In this document: one piece after another, positions 10,933 to 21,212 of the stretch
Position numbering within the stretch: the first letter of the stretch is position 1
Layout: the number at the start of each line of letters is the position of its first letter
IMG/VR virus record: IMGVR_UViG_3300026279_000019
Span: 1-24,321 of that record
Reading direction: 5' to 3' (one strand)
DNA length: 24,321 bases
Source of the DNA: a virus
Taxonomy: Duplodnaviria > Caudoviricetes
Translations under genes and position numbers: made by a program
The notes under the pieces: generated by a model
Seen by the model: the letters and a program-made list of their open reading frames with translations, nothing else
The model's database searches: none
What the model was told of the DNA's origin: nothing

Positions 10933-13900
10933 TTACGCACTTCTGAAGTAAGGATCTTGATATGAATGCGCTTGAGCAGTAGTACCATTTACACCTCGTG
11001 TACATCCTGTAAAACGATCACTATGTTTACCAGTATAAGTGATCTGTTCGGTTCCTAGTTGTAAAGTTCCCGTTGCAGGGAAATTGGTAGTAGATTCTGC
11101 ATAAACAATAGTGATGCTATTGTTTATATTCTGATTTATCCTTCCAACATAATTATTTATTGAGGGATATCCAACGTTAAATGCATATCCAGCATCAGAT
11201 ATACCTGATCCACCCCAGTTAGCGAAGTCTGCTAGGTCAAATCCCCAACGAGTAAATTCTTCAACTGTTAATGCGGAAACTGATACACCATTATGTAGTA
11301 TGTCACCCGTATCCATAAATTTGGCATTCTCCCACATCTGGAAGGATGGTCTCAAAGATATGTTAGCAAAACCAGCAGGAGGAGTACTCCATCCACGATG
11401 ATCCGTAAATCCTAATTGGAAAGATGTTTCCTTTCCGATTTCAACTACATGAGTTGGTTGAGACTCAATACTTCTATCAAGTTCAAGATGTACCTTAACA
11501 ACAGCATCTGTTGTTTTAGCATCAACAGATGCTCTACTTGGTAACCAAAAATAAGATACCTCGTGAGAAACTATGAGAGAAGTTGCTAAATCATCTCCAA
11601 TAGCATTAACAATAATATTGAATTTATTAATAACTGGTGGTAGAGTTACATTAGCAACAACACCAGTAACTAGAGCACTACCTGGAGGAACACCTCCACT
11701 AATAGTTTTACTATAAAAACTTTCAGCAATAACTGGACTTGGTGCTGCAACGTCAGCGGTCTGATTATGAAGAGTAATATTAAAGAAAGAATCAACTTTC
11801 CTATTACCTTTTACAATATCATACTGTTTTGCAACAACAACTTTTGGTGCTTTTGTATATCCCGAACCACCATTAGTCAATACTATATCTACAACAACAC
11901 CATCAACAACAATAACTTCTGCCCTTGCTCCACCACCTTCTTGATTTTCAGGAATAAAATGTAAAATTGGTGCTTTCTCATAACCACTTGTAGGAAGGTT
12001 CTTATCCCATGTAATAGTATTAACAGAACCACCTGATATAGTACATGTTACCGCAAAACCAACACCCCGTTCTTCACCATTATAATTTGTAGTAGCAACA
12101 GAACCAAAAAAACTATTTGAAGGATCATCACCTGCATTATAAGTTTTTGTTTTAAAGAACTGAGGTAACTCTTTTATTGTTCTATATTCATTTTCACCAT
12201 TAATTTTAATAAGATCACCTTTATTTAAATTAGCAAGTCCCTTCTTAACATAAAAGGCCTCATCTGCTCTCTTACTTCCATATAACCATCTAGAAGCATC
12301 TCTTTGCATCTTATAGTTATTATCAGCATCTTTAGTTACTGCAACTGTAAATGATAAATCAAGTTCAATTTCATCACTAAAATCTTTCAAACCAGAAAAA
12401 TATACCTTACCACTTGATGTATCAGGATTTCTACCAGAAAGTTTGATTGTTAAATCATCAGAACTATCAATATTATAAGATTTAAGTTTACCAATAATAT
12501 TTTTCACAGTGCCAGATTTTTGATATGCAATCATATCTTCATCAAGATACTTACCCCACCATGCCTCAAAAGCATTAAATGCTCCACTAGTACCATCAAA
12601 TTTGACTGCTATATCATTATAATATTCGTTTCTTTCATAATCATATAAAGTTATGCTCTGTGAAAGATTTCTACCATAGAGATATACTATCTCAATATTA
12701 TTCTTCGGATATATCTTTTTACTAAAAGTAATAGCAGGACCATTAATAGTATAAGAATCAGTTTCTCTCTGTAATATACCATCAATAAAGACCAATAAAA
12801 ATCTACCATCACTGATACTAATAACTTCCTTATCTGCTGTATCTAAAATTAAGAATGGTCCAGCAGATCCTGCGGCAACATCAGATTTATTAATTTCACA
12901 TCTCTTATAACAACCAACACCATGAGCAAAGAACTTATCTACTGCTAAAGGTTCTTGTAATGTTTTAGTATTTGGTCCTTGACCCCAAAGAGGTGGACTT
13001 GTAAATACAACTTTATTTGGTACAGATGTTCTATCAATACTATAAGCAGAATCATGTTGTACAACTCCACTAACAGCAATCAATAAATCTTCATTAGGAT
13101 CAGTTGCAACAGATGATCCATCTTCATAATACAATTCAAATATCTTATTCTTACCATCAATATAATCTGGATAAGACACATCTACAGATCCAGGACCACC
13201 ATTAAAGGCAGATCTTACTACACCAGAAAGAGTTGTTAATGCAGAAATAACATTAGCACATTTACTAGGAGAAGAATCTGCTAGAATATTAGGATTGCCA
13301 TAAGGTGCAACAGTTGTATATGTACCAGTAGGTAATGTGTTATTAACTGCTTTCTTAGCAAGTTCTACTGCATATTCATAGGCCTCTAATGTCTCTTCTT
13401 GTTCTCCCTGAATATAATCAAGAAGATCATTATTATAATACTTCTCAATAGCCTCAACAATACTTTGATTACCACCAAATCTTATATCATGTGAGAGTGC
13501 ATCTACAATAAATCCAATATCCCTAGAACACTTAACTGAAAGAGTACCCCAAGTATTGGTGGGAAACTTATTCTTAATATAACCAAGAGTTTCACCTTGA
13601 ATATATTCTCTATTTTGTTCTATTTGATTAGCAGCATCAATCCACCTACCACCTTTCTGGAAGATATTTCTAATCTTCTTGAAATACCTTGAATTTAAAG
13701 TATTGGTCTTAAACTGATAATTCTTTCCATAGAATCTAACTCCAGGTATTGCCTGACTATTTTTTGTGCTTGGACCAATTGGTGGTTGTGAGAATGTTAT
13801 TTGATTACCAGAAACAGTATATGCAACACCAGGCTCTTGGAATATACCATCAAGAGTTATTACCAATGATTGTTGATTGTAAGGTGTAACTACATTGTTA

Positions 13901-16900
13901 TTATCATCAAGTATAGTAAATGTCTTTGTTCCTGTAAGATTACCTTTATTTGATAATGAACCATCAAAAGCAGGAGTTAATTTTATATTCTTAGATAATA
14001 CCTCTGATGTATTTGCTGAATCACTGGATACTGATCCAACACCTTCCTCAATAGTATGAGTTTGTGCAGATACAATATACTGTGTAATCTGTTTAGTAGT
14101 ACTCTGTACAGTAATATTCGCTTTAAGTTCTACAAAACTATTATGAGTAGTTACTGAACTACTACTCATTGGAGTTTGAGCTGTTGATTCAATATCAACT
14201 TCACCAAATAACTTAAATCCAGCTGGATGTGTAGTCTCTTTTATTAAAGATCTCCAAGTATCAATTGGAGTCTTTGATTTAATTAAATATGAAAAATCTT
14301 GATAATAATTGGAATCTGTAATTCTTTGGTTAGCATCACCTACTTTACCAGTATCAGACATATATTTTCCAATATTATCAAAATATGTCTTAATAACAGG
14401 AGTAAATTCAGTATAACTAATATCTTCAATTGTTGCTGTCTTACCGTTTGCTAATCCAATAATAGATTTCTTCTCCTCAAAAGCACCTTTTACTCTATCA
14501 ATAACAAGAATATTAGAACCCTTTCTCCAAGAAGTTACTCTAGCTTTAGCAACTTCTGTTGCTCCAGACCTCTGTACTACAGTCTCACCGAAGCTAAAAG
14601 CATCACTAACAAATCCAGATAACTTAAGAATATAATTTGATCTAACACTAGACTTCAACGTCTGGTCATTATGATATGTACCACCATTATTAACAATTTT
14701 TATACTAACAGGAATACCAATATCAGTACTATTCAAGAAAGCAGATACTGTCTTATCAATCTTTCCATCTTTATCATAGACACCAGTTACAATAGGAATC
14801 TTCTTATAATCTTTACCTATATTTGTAATCTTCAGTGAATTAATTTCTCCAACCGAGAATAATGACTTAGAAGTATAAGTCATAACTCCCGTACCATCAT
14901 GAGAGGCCTTAATCGCTGTTGAATATACAATTCTATCAGGAGTTACATAGAGAACAGTTTTCTCTCCTTGCAATGGATCTTCAATTACATTAAAATTGGA
15001 TTTTTCAGAATTAACAATTCCATCTCTATCATAATAATAATACTTCTTATATGGAACTTCCTTTTTAATTGTATATGTATTTGTTGAAATTCTAGATCCA
15101 AAACCCAATTTAAGATCTACCCATTGATTACCACTATGAATAGTTCTCTCAGGAGTAACAAGATTAAAATTCCTACTTGGAGAAATGTCAAACCCAACTC
15201 CACTCATTGAGACATGAGTTATATCAAATTTATATCTGTAATACTCTTTTACGTTAAGATTTGGATTTCTTGTGAAAGTAGTACCATCAGAGGAGAATTC
15301 AAAATAGATATCTGGAGCAGTAAATGATACTATCTCAACCAACTTCTTATCAGTACTATTATCATAAAATACAGTATTGAGATCTATCTTTGTTATAGTA
15401 GTAAGTGTTTGATCATAATCCCATACAAATACTGCTTTCTGTGTACTTGAATCATATGATATAATCTTAGCATTAGTAGCAGCAGCACCAGTAGCATGGT
15501 TAATTGGAAGTGAATACCCAAAATTATATACTGAAACATTAGCACCATTAAAATGATCCAGTACTGTTGTAGATTCCTCTGCCCTTCTAACAGTTAATGC
15601 AGTACCACTCTTAGATAATACTGTAACAACTTCATTACCAATCTGCAATTTATCGTTAACAGTAATCTTATCAGCATTAGCAACATTTAAAACTGTGTTC
15701 TGAATGGAAAATCCAATATGATCTACACTCAATTGAAGGTCAGGCTTAGCAGATCCTCCTGCTTTACTTAATGCAGTACCAGAAACACTAAGAACATCAA
15801 AATGTTTGTAATCTTTTCCCTTAGATGTAACAGTAATACTGTTAACAAGACCAGCAGATGATACAACAATAGTTGCTTTAGCATCCGATCCAGATCCACC
15901 TGACAATGCAATGTCGGTATATGTGCCAGCAGTGTAGTCACCACCACCATTTAATATAGCAACTCTACCTACTCCAGTATCGCTCAGAGTCGTTGCTATG
16001 ACTGGGTTCTTAAGAACTGCTTCTTGATAAACTCTCTTTCTTACATAGTATGTTGTTGTAGATGAAGTGTCATTTGGATTAACATCTATAACGACCTTTT
16101 CACCAACTGCTACTCCATGTATATCTGATGTTGTTAATAATGCAACATTATCTTGAACCTTAAACGGATTTAAATTATCACTTAAAGAACTAATTGAAAC
16201 AATCTTAGATCCAGTAGTATTGATTAAATCACTACTTGTTAAGAATAACGTGGAAGATACAGAGAAAGTTCCTGTTAAAACTTTAACTTTAACACTATTC
16301 TGTTCTATAGTAGTCTCTAGAACTTGACCTGTAGCAACAGCAGCATTTACACCATCACTAAAGGATAAAATAGCACTCTTACTATAGGAAGATTTTTTAT
16401 CTAAGATGAAATTTAATACCTTAGTATCAGAAGATAGTACATCTGTACCATTAAAGGTTCCTGATACATTACGTAAAGCAAATTTCTTAGCAGAGAATAC
16501 ATCACCTACTATAGTACCTGTAGCACCTGTATTTGCCTGTGTAATAGTATCAGTATCAAAAAGATATGCAGTATTACTAAGTTCAATATAAAGTGCCTTA
16601 GTAGACTGAGATTCAATAGAAGATACTGTTTTTCCCTTAACAGATTCTACTTCTCCAGCAGCCCCTGTTCCACCTGTACCTGTATTATCAACAACTAACT
16701 TACCACCTACAGAGAAAGTAGATCCACTACTAACAATTGAAGCAGAAGATACAGTACCTCGTGTTACTTCTTTAACTTTAGCAAGTGTTTGAACACCATT
16801 TTTACTAATACCAGAAGTTCTTAATCTATTAGCACCAACTGGTAGATCATCTTGAGATATATTAGAGTTATAGTTAGAATCTAATGGTAATGAATAATAA

Positions 16901-19404
16901 TTCTTTCCTAAAATATACGGAAATCTAGGATCACCAGAAGAATCTACAGTAATGAAATATGCATAAGTTCCATCAGGAAATTCTGGAGTAACACAAAAAC
17001 GTCCATTATTTTCATCCAATGTACCAGATGCATCTGTAAATACCCAATCCTGAATAAATGTACCAACAGGATATGTTGTTGTAGAAGGACCATTAGGTCT
17101 AGTAGCATTACCAAGATAACTAGAAGTCATCTGAGCAATAGCACTAGCAGAGTCTAGTGGGTCTGTATGTCCATAAGCACCATATATGGGGTTACCATCA
17201 TATGCAAACCCCAAAATAGGAGAGTGAGTTGCTCCAGTATCATTTGTCCTTAATGTAGTAGGAGATGCATAATAAGCATATCCATGTCCTTTAGCAGAAT
17301 CAAAGTTCTGGAACCAATATCCATTTTCAGCATCTAATGAACTCTTATTCTTATAATACTTGTCCTTTCTCCATTCTTTAACGGTTGCAGTGGCAGCTGC
17401 TCCAGATCCTACAGCAACAACCTCAACTGATATATTTGCTTGTGTGTAATAATTACCACCATTAATTTTATTAAAAGAAGTAATTATACCAGTAGTATTA
17501 ACTGTGGTAGTATATTCAGCAAATCTACCCTTTCCTGCGGAATCTCTAATCCTTACAATAGGAGGAGTTGAATAATACTCACCAGTATTGTTTATAGTAA
17601 TGCTAGTAACAACACCGTTAGTAACAACCGCAGTTCCAGTACCATTTCTGCCAGATAATATATCTACTACTGGTGTGGCAGTATAATCACCAGCATTAGT
17701 TACAGTAATTGATTCTACAGTCTCACCAGAACGTTTTGCAATAGCACGATTAGCAAGTCCACCAATTAATACAAAAGGATCATCCTTATATCCATTACCT
17801 TTAGTATTAACAGTAATCTTTTGAATAGGACCATCTAAAATAACATCTACATCCTTATATCCTGCAAAAGGAATACCATTTATAGCAATACCTACATCTC
17901 TATACTTAGTCTCATATGTCTCAGTAGTTGAGATAGGAGTCTTTCTAATAATCTTTAAAGATTTCTGATCTGATACATCAGCAGGTGGGCTTGCTGCAAC
18001 AGCATGTGCAGGCCATCCAGAAGACGCTATGTAATATCCTTCTCCATCCTCATAGATCGCTGCTACATTGGTGTTTAAATCGCTCAGAGCAGGTACTTGT
18101 ACTGATCCAGTAGTCTGAATCCATCTGAGGTTATTTTGGGCATCAACGAGTCTTACATCAGTTGTAGTAAATCCAGGTTCTGATATCTCAAGTATGTCAT
18201 CAGGATTGGAATAAGGTGCTTCCGTCTTATTAGTTGCGTTGTAAAAAACACCATAGACTAAAAGTGTAACGTTAGAACCAGAAACATTAGCTCCATATGT
18301 TACAGTAGTGCCTATAGGATATGTTGTAGTACTTTCTCTGGTATTAATAATAAATTGATTAACATTCTTATCTTCAAAGGTGAATTTCTCGTCATCAATA
18401 ATGAATTCACCTTTCTTAATCCACCCCATTGTAGATTCTACATCAATCTTATCTCCTACAGTATCACTAGTGAGAATAGATTTAGTTAATTTTGTTCTAG
18501 TAGCTGTGGAAAACTCTCCATTTACACTTGCTTCGTTAAGTACAATCTCATACAAATCTTCTCCATCATACTTACCATCATATATGACATTATCAACAAT
18601 GGCAGAAGCATATGTACCACTAGTTTGAGTAATCTTCTTACCAATAAGATCTGTTACTGTACCTGATAATACTTTAACTTTAAGTGAATAATTATTAATC
18701 CAATTAGATTCTGAACTTTTAAGAGTGAAATCACGTGGATATCCAACTTCTGGTTCTGGATCATCTTTGACCAAACATTTGAATAAGAATTTAACAGACT
18801 TATCAGTTCCTTTCTGTTGATAAAAAGAACCTATATTCTTGATAAGAATTCTCTTGTCAACTGCTGTATTCAAATATTCTTCTGGAAAATCTGTTAGATA
18901 TTCATTTTCAAAGTTCTTTATTAATGCATATAGGAAAAGATTACTAATATTAGTTACGGTAGATCCGTCTACATGACTAGAGGACTGTGTTGTAACAAAC
19001 GTACTTGCGGAATAAAGATCTCCAAGTTGCGTATTTCCACTTACGCCACGACTAATTTCTTTAAATTGAGTATCTGTTCTACTCTTATAGAAACAAATCT
19101 CATCATCTATCTTAAAATATCCACCATTCTTTGGAAAAGATGAGGCATCTGCTACAGTTATAGTAGTATCAGAAGTATTAACCAACCCACTTACCGTAGT
19201 ACTCTGATTTAAGAGATTATTCTCATAAAAATCAATATCACGATACGTTTGAAGATTCGTAATAATATCTAATGGTTGCCCTTGAAGTTCAAGCTGCTCA
19301 TAATACTTCTGTATGAACTTTCCAAACAGTTCATACTCCTCATTGATAAAATCAGGTAGTTGTTGATCAACTAAGAAGGAGATCTTATTTGCAGTCTTTA
19401 ACAT
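10933..19404 (-). CDS. gp7: Baseplate wedge initiator, gp7-like giant multidomain protein, 2823 aa
   Basis: Lies between gp6 and gp8. N-terminal QQLPDFINEEY...FIQKYYE and LIKNIGSFYQQKGT..SVKFLFK, plus distal DSNYYQDFSYLIKS...WRSLIKETTHPAGFKLFGEV, match the cyanophage gp7 core. It also has many GxGYxxxPxV beta repeats, a YHYH-like region and a helical CxRD domain. Confidence 0.85.
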   Translation of the reverse strand: MLKTANKISFLVDQQLPDFINEEYELFGKFIQKYYEQLELQGQPLDIITNLQTYRDIDFYENNLLNQSTTVSGLVNTSDTTITVADASSFPKNGGYFKIDDEICFYKSRTDTQFKEISRGVSGNTQLGDLYSASTFVTTQSSSHVDGSTVTNISNLFLYALIKNFENEYLTDFPEEYLNTAVDKRILIKNIGSFYQQKGTDKSVKFLFKCLVKDDPEPEVGYPRDFTLKSSESNWINNYSLKVKVLSGTVTDLIGKKITQTSGTYASAIVDNVIYDGKYDGEDLYEIVLNEASVNGEFSTATRTKLTKSILTSDTVGDKIDVESTMGWIKKGEFIIDDEKFTFEDKNVNQFIINTRESTTTYPIGTTVTYGANVSGSNVTLLVYGVFYNATNKTEAPYSNPDDILEISEPGFTTTDVRLVDAQNNLRWIQTTGSVQVPALSDLNTNVAAIYEDGEGYYIASSGWPAHAVAASPPADVSDQKSLKIIRKTPISTTETYETKYRDVGIAINGIPFAGYKDVDVILDGPIQKITVNTKGNGYKDDPFVLIGGLANRAIAKRSGETVESITVTNAGDYTATPVVDILSGRNGTGTAVVTNGVVTSITINNTGEYYSTPPIVRIRDSAGKGRFAEYTTTVNTTGIITSFNKINGGNYYTQANISVEVVAVGSGAAATATVKEWRKDKYYKNKSSLDAENGYWFQNFDSAKGHGYAYYASPTTLRTNDTGATHSPILGFAYDGNPIYGAYGHTDPLDSASAIAQMTSSYLGNATRPNGPSTTTYPVGTFIQDWVFTDASGTLDENNGRFCVTPEFPDGTYAYFITVDSSGDPRFPYILGKNYYSLPLDSNYNSNISQDDLPVGANRLRTSGISKNGVQTLAKVKEVTRGTVSSASIVSSGSTFSVGGKLVVDNTGTGGTGAAGEVESVKGKTVSSIESQSTKALYIELSNTAYLFDTDTITQANTGATGTIVGDVFSAKKFALRNVSGTFNGTDVLSSDTKVLNFILDKKSSYSKSAILSFSDGVNAAVATGQVLETTIEQNSVKVKVLTGTFSVSSTLFLTSSDLINTTGSKIVSISSLSDNLNPFKVQDNVALLTTSDIHGVAVGEKVVIDVNPNDTSSTTTYYVRKRVYQEAVLKNPVIATTLSDTGVGRVAILNGGGDYTAGTYTDIALSGGSGSDAKATIVVSSAGLVNSITVTSKGKDYKHFDVLSVSGTALSKAGGSAKPDLQLSVDHIGFSIQNTVLNVANADKITVNDKLQIGNEVVTVLSKSGTALTVRRAEESTTVLDHFNGANVSVYNFGYSLPINHATGAAATNAKIISYDSSTQKAVFVWDYDQTLTTITKIDLNTVFYDNSTDKKLVEIVSFTAPDIYFEFSSDGTTFTRNPNLNVKEYYRYKFDITHVSMSGVGFDISPSRNFNLVTPERTIHSGNQWVDLKLGFGSRISTNTYTIKKEVPYKKYYYYDRDGIVNSEKSNFNVIEDPLQGEKTVLYVTPDRIVYSTAIKASHDGTGVMTYTSKSLFSVGEINSLKITNIGKDYKKIPIVTGVYDKDGKIDKTVSAFLNSTDIGIPVSIKIVNNGGTYHNDQTLKSSVRSNYILKLSGFVSDAFSFGETVVQRSGATEVAKARVTSWRKGSNILVIDRVKGAFEEKKSIIGLANGKTATIEDISYTEFTPVIKTYFDNIGKYMSDTGKVGDANQRITDSNYYQDFSYLIKSKTPIDTWRSLIKETTHPAGFKLFGEVDIESTAQTPMSSSSVTTHNSFVELKANITVQSTTKQITQYIVSAQTHTIEEGVGSVSSDSANTSEVLSKNIKLTPAFDGSLSNKGNLTGTKTFTILDDNNNVVTPYNQQSLVITLDGIFQEPGVAYTVSGNQITFSQPPIGPSTKNSQAIPGVRFYGKNYQFKTNTLNSRYFKKIRNIFQKGGRWIDAANQIEQNREYIQGETLGYIKNKFPTNTWGTLSVKCSRDIGFIVDALSHDIRFGGNQSIVEAIEKYYNNDLLDYIQGEQEETLEAYEYAVELAKKAVNNTLPTGTYTTVAPYGNPNILADSSPSKCANVISALTTLSGVVRSAFNGGPGSVDVSYPDYIDGKNKIFELYYEDGSSVATDPNEDLLIAVSGVVQHDSAYSIDRTSVPNKVVFTSPPLWGQGPNTKTLQEPLAVDKFFAHGVGCYKRCEINKSDVAAGSAGPFLILDTADKEVISISDGRFLLVFIDGILQRETDSYTINGPAITFSKKIYPKNNIEIVYLYGRNLSQSITLYDYERNEYYNDIAVKFDGTSGAFNAFEAWWGKYLDEDMIAYQKSGTVKNIIGKLKSYNIDSSDDLTIKLSGRNPDTSSGKVYFSGLKDFSDEIELDLSFTVAVTKDADNNYKMQRDASRWLYGSKRADEAFYVKKGLANLNKGDLIKINGENEYRTIKELPQFFKTKTYNAGDDPSNSFFGSVATTNYNGEERGVGFAVTCTISGGSVNTITWDKNLPTSGYEKAPILHFIPENQEGGGARAEVIVVDGVVVDIVLTNGGSGYTKAPKVVVAKQYDIVKGNRKVDSFFNITLHNQTADVAAPSPVIAESFYSKTISGGVPPGSALVTGVVANVTLPPVINKFNIIVNAIGDDLATSLIVSHEVSYFWLPSRASVDAKTTDAVVKVHLELDRSIESQPTHVVEIGKETSFQLGFTDHRGWSTPPAGFANISLRPSFQMWENAKFMDTGDILHNGVSVSALTVEEFTRWGFDLADFANWGGSGISDAGYAFNVGYPSINNYVGRINQNINNSITIVYAESTTNFPATGTLQLGTEQITYTGKHSDRFTGCTRGVNGTTAQAHSYQDPYFRSA

Positions 19405-19406
19405 CC

Positions 19407-21212
19407 CTACTCTTCTTTATAAGCGATGAATTTACTTTGTGATATATCTACGTCTAAATACACCTCACGTTTAACTTCAATATCTTTATTTGCAGGTTTT
19501 ATTCTTAATTCAATACGATTATCGGAAAAACTGCCCTTTAAGATAGTAAAGTCACTCATTGTTGTCTCACCTCTAGTATAATTAATCGTTCCTATTGAAT
19601 CATTCAATAGAATCTTTTCACCAGTGATAGAATCTAGTCTATATAGGACTAATTTACCATCTCTGTCCTCAATATATGAGGTATAATTTGGAAATTCAAA
19701 GGTTGTAAATCCTGTTGATGAAACTATAGGATTGTTACAATCTATAAGGAAAGGATTCTTATAGCAAATTTCATAATAAGAAGACGCATTAATCTGTGCG
19801 ATAAAATCCTTTCTCATAGTAACATCGGTGTCATTTGAATTAATAGCACGATCTGCACTATCAATAACACTGATAAACTTTGAATATCTAAACTTTCCAT
19901 TGAACTTCTCTGTACCAGAGGTTTTTAAATATTCTGTGACAGCATTAGAGGCCTTCACTGCCATCTCAGCAGGAAGTAACTTAGTTTTATTAACATCATA
20001 ATAAATGTTACTTGTCAATTCCAAATAAAGGAGAGAAGGATCAACAAACTCAGGTCTTATAGAAGCAACAGTATGCTTCTTCAATTTTTCCTTCAAATCA
20101 CTTTTTGTGAACGCTGACAACGCAGCGGCCTCAGTGGGTTTCACGGAAAGGAATACTTTACCGTATGCAGGTGGTTCTTGATCTTCACCACCAAATACGA
20201 TGATGTCGCTAACTGCTGGATATAGATTCCTAACAATTGCTTTGTAATCATTAGATGTTACTGCTCTATTTTGTGATCCATAGAACTTAGGAGCATTAAA
20301 TTTAATCTTATCAATAGTTTCAATTTCTGCTCCTCCTGATGCTATCTCTTTTGTTGTTACTGTAGTTACATCAAATGGTAACGTTACTGGAGTATTATTC
20401 TGATCTTCTAATATACCATTAAAAGTAAAAGTCTTTGCTCCATTAGTATCTTCACCATTAGTTACAACATAACTAATCTGAACTACATTACCATTTTCCA
20501 ATTTCTTTCCTAATACACCATCACCAAAGAAGATTTCATAGTTCTCGTCTTCTTGCTCACTAATAAAGAATACCTTATCTGTAGCACCAATATCTAATAT
20601 ATTACTTGCAATAGAATAATCATCATAGATGCTAGAACCTGCTGATTGATAAACTCGTATTTTTACTGTATTAGTATCAACACCACTATTTTCAATAATA
20701 AAACGTTGATTCTTAAGAGTTGTATCAATTGTAGTATTAGTTGTAAGATAAGATCCCTCATATATGGAAAGATCATTAAAACTTGCTACACTATTAACAA
20801 CAGGAACCTTAGCATCCTCTGTTACAACAAAACGATACAAAGAACCATCAAAATTACTTACAAATCCACTACCAGACTTAAGAGTTACTGCTGATGGAGG
20901 AGTTCCAGTAAATGTCAAATCTAAATCAATAATTGCTTTGGGTGATGTAATAGATTTTGGTGTATATCCTAACTGTTTTGCCAGAGACACCACGTTGTCC
21001 CTGAGAGTAGCAGAATCAAGGAATAACTCGTTTGCTACCATGTTGGTATTAAACGCCGTGTAGTAGGTGTTATATGCTAATACATCAAGCATATTACTGA
21101 GTGCAGACCCTTCAAAGTCATAATCAGTAAAATCTGTCTGTGCTCTCATGTAATCTTTGAGAGCTGATTTAATATTAGTAAAATCTAAGTTGTTTAACTG
21201 GGTGTATGGCAT
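19407..21212 (-). CDS. gp6: Baseplate wedge subunit, T4 gp6-like, 601 aa
   Basis: FTDYDFEGSALSNMLDVLAYNTYY, LFLDSATLRDNVVSLAKQLGYTPKS, YEIFFGDG and QNRAVTSNDY are gp6 / baseplate-J-type motifs. Start is coupled to the gp25 stop (TAATG). Confidence 0.95.
   Translation of the reverse strand: MPYTQLNNLDFTNIKSALKDYMRAQTDFTDYDFEGSALSNMLDVLAYNTYYTAFNTNMVANELFLDSATLRDNVVSLAKQLGYTPKSITSPKAIIDLDLTFTGTPPSAVTLKSGSGFVSNFDGSLYRFVVTEDAKVPVVNSVASFNDLSIYEGSYLTTNTTIDTTLKNQRFIIENSGVDTNTVKIRVYQSAGSSIYDDYSIASNILDIGATDKVFFISEQEDENYEIFFGDGVLGKKLENGNVVQISYVVTNGEDTNGAKTFTFNGILEDQNNTPVTLPFDVTTVTTKEIASGGAEIETIDKIKFNAPKFYGSQNRAVTSNDYKAIVRNLYPAVSDIIVFGGEDQEPPAYGKVFLSVKPTEAAALSAFTKSDLKEKLKKHTVASIRPEFVDPSLLYLELTSNIYYDVNKTKLLPAEMAVKASNAVTEYLKTSGTEKFNGKFRYSKFISVIDSADRAINSNDTDVTMRKDFIAQINASSYYEICYKNPFLIDCNNPIVSSTGFTTFEFPNYTSYIEDRDGKLVLYRLDSITGEKILLNDSIGTINYTRGETTMSDFTILKGSFSDNRIELRIKPANKDIEVKREVYLDVDISQSKFIAYKEE

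Noticed and set aside
1222-15950. Short minus-strand alternative-frame ORFs (1222-1473, 2482-2766, 2836-3042, 3781-3984, 6484-6672, 10091-10282, 15768-15950)
   Set aside because: Nested within gp7, gp8 or the VrlC-like gene, with the Leu/Met/Ile-rich composition typical of off-frame reading of T-ending codons.
932-19404. Inteins, introns or mobile elements explaining the giant ORFs
   Set aside because: No intein splice-junction or homing-endonuclease motifs were recognised and the frames are uninterrupted; large gp7 and VrlC-like proteins are normal in cyanomyoviruses.
19400-19409. Possible TAG read-through fusing gp6 to gp7, or stop-codon recoding
   Set aside because: gp7 is in a different frame and the gp6 frame meets TAA three codons later; all large ORFs are intact under the standard code.
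140-21063. Plus-strand ORFs in the track (140-382, 3046-3328, 5799-5984, 6489-6701, 9172-9369, 11767-11964, 16406-16591, 18380-18628, 20646-21063)
   Set aside because: All are antisense to long, well-supported structural genes and lack recognisable motifs; they are shadow ORFs expected from codon bias.
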